Shown piece by piece: positions 35,817-44,847 of a stretch of 64,000 bases of DNA. The notes under the pieces were generated by a model, which did not search any database, was not told the origin of the DNA, and saw only the letters and a list, made by a program, of their open reading frames with translations. Source of the DNA: Escherichia phage MLP3. Every line of letters starts with the position of its first letter. Positions within the stretch are counted from its first letter, which is position 1. The translations under genes were made by a program, and so were the position numbers. The stretch lies in the sequence record OK148440; one strand, 5' to 3'.

Positions 35817-36728
35817 TTATGCTGCCAGTTGACGCGCCGCCATAATCTCGGCAGCTTTGCGTAACACTTCCTCTTCTTCCTGCGCAGCTTTCTCATTAGC
35901 TTTGACAGTTGAAGCGTTTGAGATACGACCGCGAAGGTTAGACAATTTTTCAGTCATTTCATTGATCACCTTTTCCATTTCATCGGCGTACGAGTCCAGA
36001 GATTCAAGCTCTTTAGTTGAGGCATTAATCAGGTAGTCATCGCTGATAGAAACAGTTGAAGCGGTTACTTTCTTAAGGAGTGAATCGAAAGTTTTCTTAA
36101 CTTTGCCTACTTCTTCACTCAATGCGATAGTATTGTCAGAAGATGCGCCGTTGCGTTCATCTGCCAGTAGTGCCGCTTCAATACGGATTGCAGCCAGACG
36201 GTCAACCAGTGCATAAATATCCTGATTAAAGTTTTCGTTAACCTTCTGGTTGATCTGGTTTGCTACCGGAACATTGTCGTTGCAACCTTTGTAGAATGCT
36301 GGGTTATCAACCTGCACGTCTTCACCTTTAGCAAAGCGTTCAAAGGAATTAGACCAGCGGGCGCGGTTTTGTTCCATTTTGGCCTTAACTTGTTCCGGTT
36401 TAGCATCCTCTTTCGCTTTCGCTTCACCTTCCAGATTAATCCATTTCTTTTTACCGTTCGCCCCGTCGCTGTTGTACTTGATCGGGGTTAAGAAAGAGAT
36501 GGCAACCGCAATCACGTCTAAGTCACGATAACGCTCAGTTAACAAGAAATCAACCGCCGCCTGCAATACATCCAGTTTCTTACCGTTGGTGCGGAAGTGC
36601 TGCAAATGGCCTAACAGGAAGTTAGAAACATCTTGTTTGATTGCCGCGTTGTTGCTACGAATGTTGTTAGCCAGTGCATTAAAGCCGGATTCGTTAACCA
36701 GATTAAAAACTTTAGCCATGATATTCAC
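35817..36728 (-). CDS. hypothetical protein (303 aa)
   Basis: Long ORF; first gene after the 1.9-kb non-coding gap. Confidence 0.55.
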   Translation of the reverse strand: MNIMAKVFNLVNESGFNALANNIRSNNAAIKQDVSNFLLGHLQHFRTNGKKLDVLQAAVDFLLTERYRDLDVIAVAISFLTPIKYNSDGANGKKKWINLEGEAKAKEDAKPEQVKAKMEQNRARWSNSFERFAKGEDVQVDNPAFYKGCNDNVPVANQINQKVNENFNQDIYALVDRLAAIRIEAALLADERNGASSDNTIALSEEVGKVKKTFDSLLKKVTASTVSISDDYLINASTKELESLDSYADEMEKVINEMTEKLSNLRGRISNASTVKANEKAAQEEEEVLRKAAEIMAARQLAA

Positions 36729-37541
36729 CTTTCAATTGTAAGGGCACTATGCCCCGCTCTCTATGAGCTTTTTAAGTCACTATTGACTTATCAATAATCA
36801 CTCAATATCAAGTAATTATTGATAAGCGAGGCGGTCTTATCAGGAGTTAACCTTGCCGCCTCCTTATCCGTGATGTTTCATCTGGTATCTTTAATTAGTC
36901 GCTATAAATAAAGCCGACCTGATAGCGATGATCAATCATCACAATAAGGCAGTGCGTCCGACTCTATTTAATTACTTTATCGTAACCGTCGGCAATATCG
37001 TCTACTTTGCTTTCGCTCCCGCCTATCCTTTTGTACTAACTCTCAATCGCTAACCATCGCCCACTACGGGAGGTTATTGCGAAAGAGTCATTAGCCGTCT
37101 AATACATTGACGTTTTATATCTTTCAGCAGGTTTACTACATAAACTGATTATGTACGCCATCAATAGTGGCCTCAAATCATTCACATCGTAAACGTTCAC
37201 ACTAAACCTTATTGTTAAATAGCAATTTGCCACTTTTTAACCATTCACCGCCGCCCCCAATTGGGCGTTAATTCGTCGGATTTGCCTACCCTGATAAACT
37301 TCTTTCACTGTAGCACCTTGTTAGCGATGGCCGCCGCTACCCTTTAACCGTGGGCGATTAGTTTAGGCCGTTGCGTGTACTCAATGAATCCGTTTTATCA
37401 GTGGTGACGTTTCCAGTTAAGGGATTGTAAAAACTGTTTACCCTGATAATTTAGGGAGTCTTACGCCGTTTTATCTGGTATGTTTTCCGATGGTTATTAT
37501 CATCCAACATATTCAACCGATATAGGAGAATGTTTAAATTG

Positions 37542-37552
37542 TTAAAGAGCGG
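37542..37552 (+). promoter_or_regulatory. TTAAAGAGCGG motif copy 1
   Basis: Exact 11-mer repeated at 37772 and 37908, variant at 38311; followed by TATCAGTGTG. Confidence 0.3.
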
Positions 37553-37771
37553 TAAATCTATCAGTGTGCTTTCTCACACTATGCAACTGTTAGCCGTTGT
37601 TACGCTTTTCTTAAGCGGTGAATTGCTTAAGTGTGCTCATTATGAATCATGCTGTTTTAGCTGTCAACCGCTTTTTAATCTTTTTCGTCGTTCCCTTTAT
37701 TGGGAGGATATATCAATCAGCTATATTTGATTGAAGATTAAGCGGTAAGGCTTAACTCGCGATTCATATTT

Positions 37772-37782
37772 TTAAAGAGCGG
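37772..37782 (+). promoter_or_regulatory. TTAAAGAGCGG motif copy 2
   Basis: Exact 11-mer; followed by TATCAGAGTG. Confidence 0.3.
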
Positions 37783-37907
37783 TGTTTCTTACTGCTTGGT
37801 GAACATTCTATCAGAGTGTTTCACCTTGTCAACTCTTTTTATCATCTTCTTTTATTCTATTCCCTTATCTCGCTTGAATCTATGCGAAAGGGCAAGATGA
37901 TAAATTG

Positions 37908-37918
37908 TTAAAGAGCGG
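37908..37918 (+). promoter_or_regulatory. TTAAAGAGCGG motif copy 3
   Basis: Exact 11-mer preceded by AAATTG as in copy 1; followed by TATCATAGTG. Confidence 0.3.
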
Positions 37919-38052
37919 GGCACTAAGTGCCGGATGTTTCAAGTCATCGCTGACCGTGTGAACATCTTATCATAGTGATTCGATGTGTCAACAACTATTT
38001 TTCGATTAATGCATCTTGATAAACTAGCGACCATTAAGGCCGCTAACCTACC

Positions 38053-38253
38053 TCAGTTCATACGTTTAAAGGTTAAATCTTTATCCGTACTTACCAGCGA
38101 AAGCACCGCAATAGCTTTGCCTTTATCGGCATCGGCTACCATCTCTTTAGCTTGCTGTAGCGTACTACCGACTATTCTCATAATCATGTTAGTAACGTTA
38201 ATGCTAGTGCAAGTGATTTGCGTGTCTTTGCTTGAGAAGGTGTAAATATTCAT
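38053..38253 (-). CDS. small hypothetical protein (66 aa)
   Basis: ATG at 38253 with TGAGGA SD 8 nt upstream (ORF-track ORF 38053..38292 trimmed). Confidence 0.35.
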   Translation of the reverse strand: MNIYTFSSKDTQITCTSINVTNMIMRIVGSTLQQAKEMVADADKGKAIAVLSLVSTDKDLTFKRMN

Positions 38254-38310
38254 TGATAAATCCTCATTATGGCATGGTTGGGAGTTTATCAAGATACACT
38301 AATCAGATTC

Positions 38311-38320
38311 TTAAAGAGCA
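38311..38320 (+). promoter_or_regulatory. TTAAAGAGCA variant motif copy 4
   Basis: Variant of the 11-mer. Confidence 0.2.
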
Positions 38321-38568
38321 AGGCTAAACATCTAGCCTATCAGGAGGTAATTTACTGCGTCACGTCCTGACAAGATTCAATATACACTATCCTAAAACCG
38401 TTGCAAGCCTTTTTCTAAAATAATTTCACTTTCTTTTAGGCATAGAGGAACACGCGCACGAATAGCATCAAGGGAGGAAGAAAACAAGCCTTATAATCGA
38501 AAATAAGGCATACAGGAGGCGTTCTAACGAGCTAAACAGGGGCAAGATGTGCAATCACCTTAGAAATG

Positions 38569-38591
38569 AAAAAAGCGCCTCAAAAGGGCGC
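38569..38591 (-). terminator. rho-independent terminator
   Basis: Minus strand GCGCC-CTTTTGA-GGCGC followed by TTTTTT, immediately after stop of 38603..38974. Confidence 0.6.
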
Positions 38592-38602
38592 TTAGGGAAG
38601 TT

Positions 38603-38974
38603 TTACGGATTGGTGCAAGTGCCGTTACCGGATGATATTTCGTTCATCGACTCATCAAACAACGTCATGCTAGACCGCATCATGTGATCTATAGTGATTT
38701 GCTTTCCGGTAATTTCGTTAACAAGCATCGCATACTTGCCATCAACGACACGACGATCATAGTCATTCAGGTCAATCAATACTACCTTGCTAGACTTCTT
38801 TCCAGTGTCGTAGTTTTCCATAAGGTAGGTGCATTGCAGACCATCAAGGCTAGACTCATTGAATACGGCAGCATAGGACACGGAAGAAATAGCGAACAAA
38901 GCAGAACATACAGCTAATTTAATTTTCATGATCCAACCCTTAAGCGGAACGTGCAACAAAGAAAAACAAGTCAT
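38603..38974 (-). CDS. secreted protein
   Basis: Signal-peptide-like N-terminus MKIKLAVCSALFAISSVSYAA. Confidence 0.55.
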   Translation of the reverse strand: MTCFSLLHVPLKGWIMKIKLAVCSALFAISSVSYAAVFNESSLDGLQCTYLMENYDTGKKSSKVVLIDLNDYDRRVVDGKYAMLVNEITGKQITIDHMMRSSMTLFDESMNEISSGNGTCTNP

Positions 38975-39021
38975 AGATAAATGCTATGATACAGAGAACT
39001 AACAGACAATGCAAAAAATAC

Positions 39022-39294
39022 TTATGTAACATTACTCACCACTTTATCTAGATGATCATTGAACGTTTCACAAATGGATTGCACTTCGTCAATATCTAAT
39101 AGCAGACCGTGACGGGCAAAGAATTGAGCTAACTCAAGATAATCCGCACCAATAAGCATGACACCATTGAAAGGGGCGATCTTAACATCTTGAGATGTTA
39201 CCAATAATAAATTACCAATATCAGCAATAGCGTCATAATTCAGCGTAACGCCTACACCGTAATTGTGTGTTTCAATAATGGCAATAGTTTCCAT
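39022..39294 (-). CDS. hypothetical protein
   Basis: 90-aa ORF. Confidence 0.45.
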   Translation of the reverse strand: METIAIIETHNYGVGVTLNYDAIADIGNLLLVTSQDVKIAPFNGVMLIGADYLELAQFFARHGLLLDIDEVQSICETFNDHLDKVVSNVT

Positions 39295-39296
39295 CG

Positions 39297-39545
39297 TTAA
39301 TTATCCTCGACGGTTAGTAGTTCTTCCAGTGACAAACCGGATTTAACCAGCAAATCACGATATTCGTTAGCATCCATCGGATCGAGGCCGGATAATCGGG
39401 CAACGGTCATGCGTGCATGTGCTGAAGACAAGGAAGCTAAAGCACGGATAGGAATCAATACAAGCCCATACTTGCCACTAATAACTAAATCACCGTGCTG
39501 GATGCACATATGAGCATTTACTACGATTGCAAATGATTCGTTCAC
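39297..39545 (-). CDS. hypothetical protein
   Basis: 82-aa ORF. Confidence 0.45.
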   Translation of the reverse strand: MNESFAIVVNAHMCIQHGDLVISGKYGLVLIPIRALASLSSAHARMTVARLSGLDPMDANEYRDLLVKSGLSLEELLTVEDN

Positions 39546-40405
39546 TTGATAGCCTCACAATTAGCAAAGTTAATAAAAGTTGTATAGACTGCTATACCGT
39601 CATTGTAGGCAGTGGTAGCGAGTACAGTTTCGCTAACATCGCCATAACTAACGAGATTAGTTACAAACTGTAATTTCTCTTTCTCAATCTTCTGATATAG
39701 AGAATAAGTTACCATGTCATGATCACTATCAGCACGCTTTAAATTAATAACCGATTGAACGCCAGACTTATCACCTAAGGGGGTAAGAGTGACACGCACA
39801 CTACTAACACTGACGTCATTGAAACGAACACGCCAAAAGGCATCATTTCCATCACTTCCAACGTCACGGCAAGCCATATCAGGAGCGTTTTTAAACGTGC
39901 TAACAAAGGATTGCAGACCAGTAGAAAGAGAGTCTTTTGCCTGAACATTGGTAGAGATAGCACTAACACCGATAGCTGCAACCAGTGCATAAGAAGCCAG
40001 ATTAACAGACTTCATAATCTTACTTGCAATAGAAGGCTTGCTATCTTTCTTCTTCTTGTTCTGAATAGCTTCAACCATAGCAGACAAGCGGGATAATACT
40101 GCGTTAGCATCGCGGCAAGATTCAGGCCAATCCTTTTGAGTCCAACTATCTAAATTAGCCTGAATGTAACAGTTGATAGCATCTTGCATATCGGTAAAAC
40201 CATTCTCTTTCATCGACTCTTTATCTTCACACTGTAAGGCGTTCGCGGTGGAATCAATGATGAGGCAAGCCAGAATGACAGAGTTTTTGAAGCTGGTACG
40301 AGCTTGCTGGTTATCCATCCATTGAGAAGGCACACCAACGGAAAGACCTAACGAAGAAAGTACATCATTTGCTTGATTCAAGTATTTAATTGCTAACTTT
40401 GACAT
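39542..40405 (-). CDS. hypothetical protein (287 aa); first gene of the leftward block
   Basis: Long ORF adjacent to the divergent intergenic region. Confidence 0.55.
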   Translation of the reverse strand: MSKLAIKYLNQANDVLSSLGLSVGVPSQWMDNQQARTSFKNSVILACLIIDSTANALQCEDKESMKENGFTDMQDAINCYIQANLDSWTQKDWPESCRDANAVLSRLSAMVEAIQNKKKKDSKPSIASKIMKSVNLASYALVAAIGVSAISTNVQAKDSLSTGLQSFVSTFKNAPDMACRDVGSDGNDAFWRVRFNDVSVSSVRVTLTPLGDKSGVQSVINLKRADSDHDMVTYSLYQKIEKEKLQFVTNLVSYGDVSETVLATTAYNDGIAVYTTFINFANCEAIK

Positions 40406-40789
40406 TTCCTTATCCTTTCGGTTGATGTGAATTAAAAACTACGATTGCAACTATATATTAAAGGAAAAACCTGTCAACCACTTATTTTCAAACTATTTCA
40501 TAACTCACTGAATATAAAAGGAATTTAATTTACTAAACTTTCTTGTTCAGAGATACAGCTTACCAAATAGATGTTATTTTATAACACTTACAGAACGGGT
40601 AGCAGACCAACGGGATAGATAGATGGGTAAGACGTGCCGCATAGGTTAGCCAATGGGTAAGAAGCCTAACGAGGAAGGGGAAACGGGTAGGATATAATGT
40701 AAGTTAGTTACAGTTAACAGGTCAGACCATGCGGTAATAAATTACCAGTCAATTCGCTACTATCGTAGCTCATATCAAATTCCTACTCA

Positions 40790-40870
40790 TCAAAGATAAA
40801 AGAAAAAGAAAAAAGAAACGCTGAAAAAGAAAAGAATAAAAGAAAGAATAAAAATAATAACTAAAGTAAA
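40790..40870 (+). repeat. oligopurine A-rich tract (AAAGA-type low complexity)
   Basis: aaagataaaagaaaaagaaaaaagaaacgctgaaaaagaaaagaataaaagaaagaataaaaataataa, almost pure purine on plus strand. Confidence 0.5.
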
Positions 40871-41357
40871 CAACTACCAGTCTAAACATACATACATCAA
40901 TAATCCACTCATGAATAATCACATAAGTTATTACATTCAAACTATGGGGGATGGTCATCAATGGTATAGTTTACATAGGTTATCATTAATGTTCTTACTA
41001 TTAATACCGGTTAGTTATAGTCTTCTATTAGTATGCCTGTACAGTGCTAGCCTTTCATCCCTTCTCAACATGAGTAAGAGAAATACGGGTAGGAAATCAC
41101 TGGTTAGATATACATGGGTAAATAATCAATGTGTAATATCAATGGGTAGGTTATTTATGGGTAGGTATGCCACTGAACGCAGGTAGGGCAAGGCTTAGAG
41201 CTTAAAGGCTGATTGATTTCCTAAAGGCAATTGCATTGGTAATAACCCTTTTTTAAATGAGGACTCCCCCCTTTTAGGAAACGCGCTCGGAGCGGCTAGG
41301 TCCATCCGGTCAAATTGAAATTTTAAACTCTTATATATAAGAATAAGGAACTATTTT

Positions 41358-41522
41358 ATGTGGAAGATTAAGTTACTAATTAAGCAATTCAAATGTCAAC
41401 ACGAATACTACCCGATACGGATATCGAGAGGAGATGAACGGTTACACGCTTATTACAAGAGTACATGGAGATGTGCAGACTGTGGTAAGGTTAGGAATAG
41501 TAAATGGGTGGATAGACCATAG
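41358..41522 (+). CDS. small zinc-ribbon protein (54 aa)
   Basis: ATG at 41358 with AAGGA upstream; CQHEYY...CADCGK; below ORF-track cutoff; lies between repeat clusters. Confidence 0.3.
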   Translation: MWKIKLLIKQFKCQHEYYPIRISRGDERLHAYYKSTWRCADCGKVRNSKWVDRP

Positions 41523-41714
41523 AGAGTATGGGGTGGCCTTAACATGACATGGCCTTAATGGGTAAGCACTACTTCGTAGTGACGATGCCTTAATGTGGGG
41601 TAGCCTTTATGGAGTCCCCTTTACATCAGCGTACACGGGTTAGTACACGGGTGGGCCTTTAGATGAGTACGCCTTTATGGGTTGATCACTCTCGTTTATC
41701 AGAGGAGAATAAAT

Positions 41715-41963
41715 ATGTTTCTAGACTTTTTATCAGAGGTACTTCCCTACTTCCGCACTGAGAAATGTGCATTTGTATTTGATGAAGGGGAGGAGTCAAT
41801 GACTTGTTTGGGTAGATTGGTAGACCTAGACGACGATGAAGATTTTGATGCTACGATGGACATTAGTTCATTGGGCTGGTTGTACATGAGATGCTTTGTA
41901 AGTTACAAGGCTGAAACGTTTAAAGATTATCGCTATAGCGCTGAAGGAGAGAATGATGAATAA
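41715..41963 (+). CDS. hypothetical protein (first gene of rightward block)
   Basis: ATG at 41715 with GAGGAG 8 nt upstream (internal Met of ORF-track ORF 41682..41963). Confidence 0.45.
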   Translation: MFLDFLSEVLPYFRTEKCAFVFDEGEESMTCLGRLVDLDDDEDFDATMDISSLGWLYMRCFVSYKAETFKDYRYSAEGENDE

Positions 41964-42609
41964 CATGACAGGAACTAATACACTGAATGCAATCTATGAG
42001 AACATGGGATGTAAAGGCGAAGTTACTTACAATGGTTCACTCCGTCCTTTATCAGAGGACACTTTCTATCTGAATCGTGTTCATGAAACTACTGGAGGTA
42101 AATCCCGAGTTGAGATGGTAAAACAACTGGCTCATGGTTCTGTGTACGGTTATGCTCCTTCAACCCGTGAAATATGGGAAGGTTTGATTCCTCGTACAGA
42201 AGCTAAAGATGTGAAAGACTATTTCACTGTGGCAAAAGAAGTTAAACGTAAGTGTCCATCCAATTTAGAAGTTGTTCCGTATGTAGCTGACAAACATGCA
42301 CACCTACCGGACTATGCCCGTGAGATGATTGAGATGATTGAAGAAGCCGAGTATGAAGCTCTGAATAATTATTTAAATTCAAAAGATCAATGGTCACGTA
42401 ATGTAGTAATTGATGAAGAAGGTAATGAAGTAGTTACGTGGGTACATGCTAGTGAACAAGCTCTGGACCCCGAGCTTGAAGAATACAAAAAATTTTTGGC
42501 GTCCTCTTCTTTTGATGTAGAGAATGACAAATCTGTTCCAGTTAGCTGGGAAGGTGAAACTGTAGCTCTCCAGACTTTGTTCAACCTACACGTAGGTGAT
42601 GTAGATTAA
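41953..42609 (+). CDS. hypothetical protein (218 aa)
   Basis: ORF with AAGGAG SD; followed by terminator. Confidence 0.55.
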   Translation: MMNNMTGTNTLNAIYENMGCKGEVTYNGSLRPLSEDTFYLNRVHETTGGKSRVEMVKQLAHGSVYGYAPSTREIWEGLIPRTEAKDVKDYFTVAKEVKRKCPSNLEVVPYVADKHAHLPDYAREMIEMIEEAEYEALNNYLNSKDQWSRNVVIDEEGNEVVTWVHASEQALDPELEEYKKFLASSSFDVENDKSVPVSWEGETVALQTLFNLHVGDVD

Positions 42610-42620
42610 TAAAAGGTGTT

Positions 42621-42646
42621 GCCTCCTCTCGTGGGAGGCTTTTTGT
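42621..42646 (+). terminator. rho-independent terminator
   Basis: GCCTCC-loop-GGAGGC followed by TTTTTG. Confidence 0.6.
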
Positions 42647-42674
42647 TATAACGATAATGTAGAAGGAGTATAAG

Positions 42675-43142
42675 ATGTTTGGAGAAAAAGGAGAACTCAC
42701 GCCTGCACAGGTAGCTGAGATTACAGGAAGACTGCCCGGAGTAACGGAAGAACTTGAATCCAAGGGCATGGAACCAAGCACAGGGAAGTTTACTAAAGGT
42801 AATAAATTTGGACGTCCCAAAGGTAGTAGAGGTAAATTGACACAGCTCATGCTCGATCGTGTTGCTGCTAGTCATCTGTCTCCCGATGAAGTGTTGATTC
42901 AGATTTATGAAGATCCAAATATTCCACCCGATCTTAGATTCAAGGCTGCAAGTAAAGTCGCTGATCTGGTATATCCTAAGGCAGCTTCTGTTGAGGTTAA
43001 GATTGAGGAAGAGAATGTAATCAATGAAGAATCACTGAACGCACAGATTCGAGACTTCTTGACTGGTGCACTGAAAGTGGATGTGCTACCTCCAGAGGAC
43101 TCTGAGGACGCTGAAAAGGAGGAGGAAGCGGACGAGAGTTAA
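42675..43142 (+). CDS. terminase small subunit (putative)
   Basis: 155-aa protein immediately upstream of TerL; N-terminal HTH-like LTPAQVAEITG; acidic C-terminus. Confidence 0.6.
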   Translation: MFGEKGELTPAQVAEITGRLPGVTEELESKGMEPSTGKFTKGNKFGRPKGSRGKLTQLMLDRVAASHLSPDEVLIQIYEDPNIPPDLRFKAASKVADLVYPKAASVEVKIEEENVINEESLNAQIRDFLTGALKVDVLPPEDSEDAEKEEEADES

Positions 43143-43149
43143 TAGGAAT

Positions 43150-43198
43150 AGAGGGGAGGGTTCTTTTCGCGAGGGATCTCTCCCTTTTTTATTTTATT
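43150..43198 (+). terminator. terminator-like structure (attenuator?) between TerS and TerL
   Basis: GGGAG...CTCCC stem followed by TTTTTT-A-TTTTATT. Confidence 0.4.
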
Positions 43199-43208
43199 GG
43201 AGGAATAT

Positions 43209-44750
43209 ATGTCGTTAGATAAAGAAATCTATGAAGCTCTAACTGGAGACAAGTTGAGTATAGAGGAAAAGAAAGCTTTGCTCAATATGTTAAAAGAAAG
43301 GGACCAGTGGAGAAAATATAACAAGATGTTGGCTTTTAAAGCTTACGACTTTCAGAAGAAATTCTATGCAGCAGGGTTGAAGCATCGCTTTCGATTCCTG
43401 TGCGCAGCTAACCGTGTTGGTAAATCTTACAGCGAGGCATACGAGTTTGCTTGTCATGTCACAGGTCGCTATCCAACTTGGTGGACAGGTTACAGATTTA
43501 ATCGACCCATATTGGCTTGGGCAGTAGGGATTACAGGGGACTCTACAAGAAAGGTATTGCAAAAGGAATTGTTTGGAACACCTATCGGAAAGGATATGAA
43601 TCTAATAGGAACAGGTGTTATTCCTCGTGATGCTATCGTATTGGACACGATAGAACGAGATGGGAACAAATTACAGATTGTACAAATTAAGCATCAAAAC
43701 GCGAGAGGCGAGTTTGACGGTTTAAGTACATTAGAGTTCCGTTCTACCCAACAGGGTGAACATACATTGATGGGTGCTACAGTTGATTATATTTGGCTGG
43801 ACGAAGAAGATCCATATGAATCTATGGCAATCTTCTCTCAGTGCGTAACACGTACACTTACAACTAAAGGTTTAGTTACTATTACAGCTACACCAGAGAA
43901 CGGTTTAACAGAGCTGGTGGATAAGTTTATGAAAGGTGAAGGAGATGAGAACACAGGTTCTCTGTATTTCCAGAATGCTTCTTGGTGGGATGCTCATGTA
44001 GATTTAGGTGGACATATCACTGACCAAGATATTAAAGACATGACTGAAGGTATCCCAACATGGCAGTTAGAGATGCGTTCAAAAGGTATGCCGTTGCTTG
44101 GTTCTGGTTTGATTTATGATGTATCAGATGACATGATTAAGTGTGATCCCTTTGAGATACCTGATACGTGGAAACGTGTTTGTGCTATTGATATTGGTAT
44201 CGATCACCCGACAGCCGCTGTTTGGACAGCATACGATGCTAACACTGATACGATTTATGTTTATGACTGCTATAAAGAAGGTGGATTTACTCCGGTGTAC
44301 CATGCACCAGCTATTAATGGTCGTGGTCAGTGGATTCCAGTTATTCTTCCTCACGATGCCGATAATATTGAGAAGGGAAGTGGTTCGTCTGTTGCTCAAT
44401 TCTATAAGAATGCAGGGGTTAATGTACAGAGTGAGACCTTCTACAACAAGATTGGAATGGATGGTAAGAAGAACTTCTTTGTAGAGCCGGGAATTACTGA
44501 TATTCGTGAACGTATGATGTCAGGTCGTTTTAAAATCTTTAACATTGCTTCGTGTGCTAAACTCTTTGAAGAGAAAGCTCGCTATCACCGTAAGGTTGGC
44601 AAGATTGTTAAGGAACATGATGACTTGATGGATGCTATGCGATATTCAGCTTGTTCTGTAACACATCGTGGACGTAGTAAGCATGATGCTAGTTATGGTA
44701 GTTCATCGCTTTATCAAGACAATATTAACAGATGGAATTCGAGTTACTAA
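43209..44750 (+). CDS. terminase large subunit
   Basis: ATPase Walker A-like AANRVGKS; nuclease-domain DIGIDHP; ATG at 43209 with GGAGG SD (ORF-track start 43197 is TTG). Confidence 0.9.
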   Translation: MSLDKEIYEALTGDKLSIEEKKALLNMLKERDQWRKYNKMLAFKAYDFQKKFYAAGLKHRFRFLCAANRVGKSYSEAYEFACHVTGRYPTWWTGYRFNRPILAWAVGITGDSTRKVLQKELFGTPIGKDMNLIGTGVIPRDAIVLDTIERDGNKLQIVQIKHQNARGEFDGLSTLEFRSTQQGEHTLMGATVDYIWLDEEDPYESMAIFSQCVTRTLTTKGLVTITATPENGLTELVDKFMKGEGDENTGSLYFQNASWWDAHVDLGGHITDQDIKDMTEGIPTWQLEMRSKGMPLLGSGLIYDVSDDMIKCDPFEIPDTWKRVCAIDIGIDHPTAAVWTAYDANTDTIYVYDCYKEGGFTPVYHAPAINGRGQWIPVILPHDADNIEKGSGSSVAQFYKNAGVNVQSETFYNKIGMDGKKNFFVEPGITDIRERMMSGRFKIFNIASCAKLFEEKARYHRKVGKIVKEHDDLMDAMRYSACSVTHRGRSKHDASYGSSSLYQDNINRWNSSY

Positions 44751-44847
44751 AACATGGATGCCGGAGTCTAAGTTAACCGGATATGTAGGGGAGGCATAGT
44801 CCTCCCTTTAGTAATTCCTTCCAAGCTATCACCGAGGGAGAGATTAG

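Larger units (their letters stand above)
40590..41700 (+). repeat. array of at least 14 degenerate (A/C)ATGGGTA(A/G)G-like direct repeats
   Basis: Copies by eye near 40596, 40624, 40652, 40685, 41095, 41114, 41141, 41156, 41505, 41530, 41558, 41597, 41636, 41648; irregular spacing. Confidence 0.5.

Noticed and set aside
36776-36805. Sigma70-like -35/-10 candidates (TTGACT ... TATCAA) in the non-coding gap
   Set aside because: Such hexamers occur by chance in AT-rich DNA; spacing and orientation cannot be validated by eye, so no promoter was annotated.
40911-41186. ORF-track ORF (91 aa, plus strand) across the repeat array
   Set aside because: Its Met codons coincide with ATGGG repeat units; no SD; low-complexity composition; most likely an artefact of the repeats.
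40590-41700. Possible CRISPR array suggested by many short repeats
   Set aside because: Repeats are only about 9-10 nt, degenerate and irregularly spaced, with no uniform spacer length; not CRISPR-like.
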